From: Geosiphon pyriformis uo1
Taxonomy: Eukaryota; Fungi; Glomeromycota
Length of the DNA: 64,000 nt
Assembly (NCBI GenBank): GCA_016748015.1
Contig: JAAOMT010000570.1
Location: forward strand, 376,043 to 440,042
Direction: 5' to 3'
Part shown: in pieces, positions 63,230 to 64,000 of the stretch
Numbering within the stretch: position 1 is the stretch's first letter
Layout of the letters: each line of letters opens with the position of its first letter
Made by a program: the position numbers and the translations under genes
The notes under the pieces: generated by a model
The model's input: the letters and a program-made list of their open reading frames with translations, nothing else
What the model was told of the DNA's origin: nothing
Database searches by the model: none

Positions 63230-64000
63230 ATGGACTTGGACAACTACTCTGCCTTAATGGAATTTTTGGGTAAAGGACAATACCCACTGAAATACACATG
63301 ACAACAAAGAGAACAATTGTGCAAACAATCAAATTTCTATTTGATCCACCAGAACCAATTATATAAAAGATCTTGACCGCCCCCAGAGAGTCATCAGATT
63401 TGAAGAAAAAGAAATTGTGATCTACAATATGCACACTGATCCATTAGCTGGACACTTTGGAAAAACAAAAACAATTCAGAAAACTCTAGCTCGCTATTAT
63501 TGGCCTACCTTGGAAAAAGACATTGCTGAATACATCAAAACCTGTGATATCTGCCAAAGAAGAGGAAAACCCAATCGCAAAGAAGATATCCATCCAATCT
63601 CTGTTGGTCAACCCTTTGACAGAATTGGTATAGATGTTGTTGGACCTTTAACAATAACTCCTGATGGCAACAAATACATTATCACAGCTACTGACTATCT
63701 TACAAAGTGGGTAGAAGCAAGAGCCACTTCAGACCAAACAGCAGTCTCAATAGCCAATTTCATTTATGAAGATATCATTTGTCACCACGGCTGCTCCAAA
63801 GAACTTTTATCTGACAGAGGAAGAGCTTTTCTCAGTACACTTGTTGAAAAACTTTGCAGAAAAATGGGAATACGTCACAAACTTTCCTCTTCTTATCACC
63901 CCCAAACAAATGGCCTAGTGGAACATTTCAATAGAACACTATGTGAAACCCTAGCCAAAACCAGCAAAGAAACAAACTTATGGGACAAAGTACTGCCTTC
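63230..64000 (+). pseudogene. A4 integrase, partial
   Basis: MDLDNYSALM..., AGHFG...CDICQ, IGIDVVGPL, SDRG. Confidence 0.9.

Larger units (their letters stand above)
58225..64000 (+). mobile_element. Ty3/Gypsy element A4 (runs off window)
   Basis: 5' LTR 58225-58867, PBS 58874-58890, gag, pol, integrase start. Confidence 0.93.

Noticed and set aside
63161-63230. Stop-codon readthrough fusing RNase H to integrase (UGA-CAG context)
   Set aside because: Further in-frame stops follow, and the frame offset varies among copies.

Overview
Fungal genomic DNA, AT-rich with short GT-AG introns. The gene and TE style suggests Glomeromycotina/Mucoromycota, possibly Geosiphon-like (inference). Bases 1-771 hold the first three exons of a class V myosin gene on the minus strand. 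From about 1270 to the window end is one nested transposon island. Short, heavily decayed scaffolds (an old Ty3/Gypsy fragment and two LINE ORF2 3' remnants) carry at least 11 LTR insertions from four Ty3/Gypsy families (here A, B, C, D) whose LTRs are unrelated internally. Most insertions have a recoverable 4-bp TSD. All coding regions are pseudogenised by C>T/G>A changes. Together the families show an unusual architecture: (i) an AUG-depleted N-terminal Gag extension started at GUG or a weak AUG, with a Met at the capsid start; (ii) Cys-rich inserts, plus a dUTPase in B/C/D, between protease and RT; (iii) a stop right after RNase H and a separately initiated integrase ORF (A, C, D; B is gapped there); (iv) an integrase with no chromodomain that ends in a PxVxI-like peptide; (v) a homologous ~200-aa non-Env ORF at the env position; (vi) a nucleotide-level motif before the PPT; (vii) LTR boxes complementary to the anticodon arm of the elongator tRNA-Met primer. 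Family A also uses a UUUAAAC -1 frameshift. All counts and alignments were done by eye; no database searches were run.
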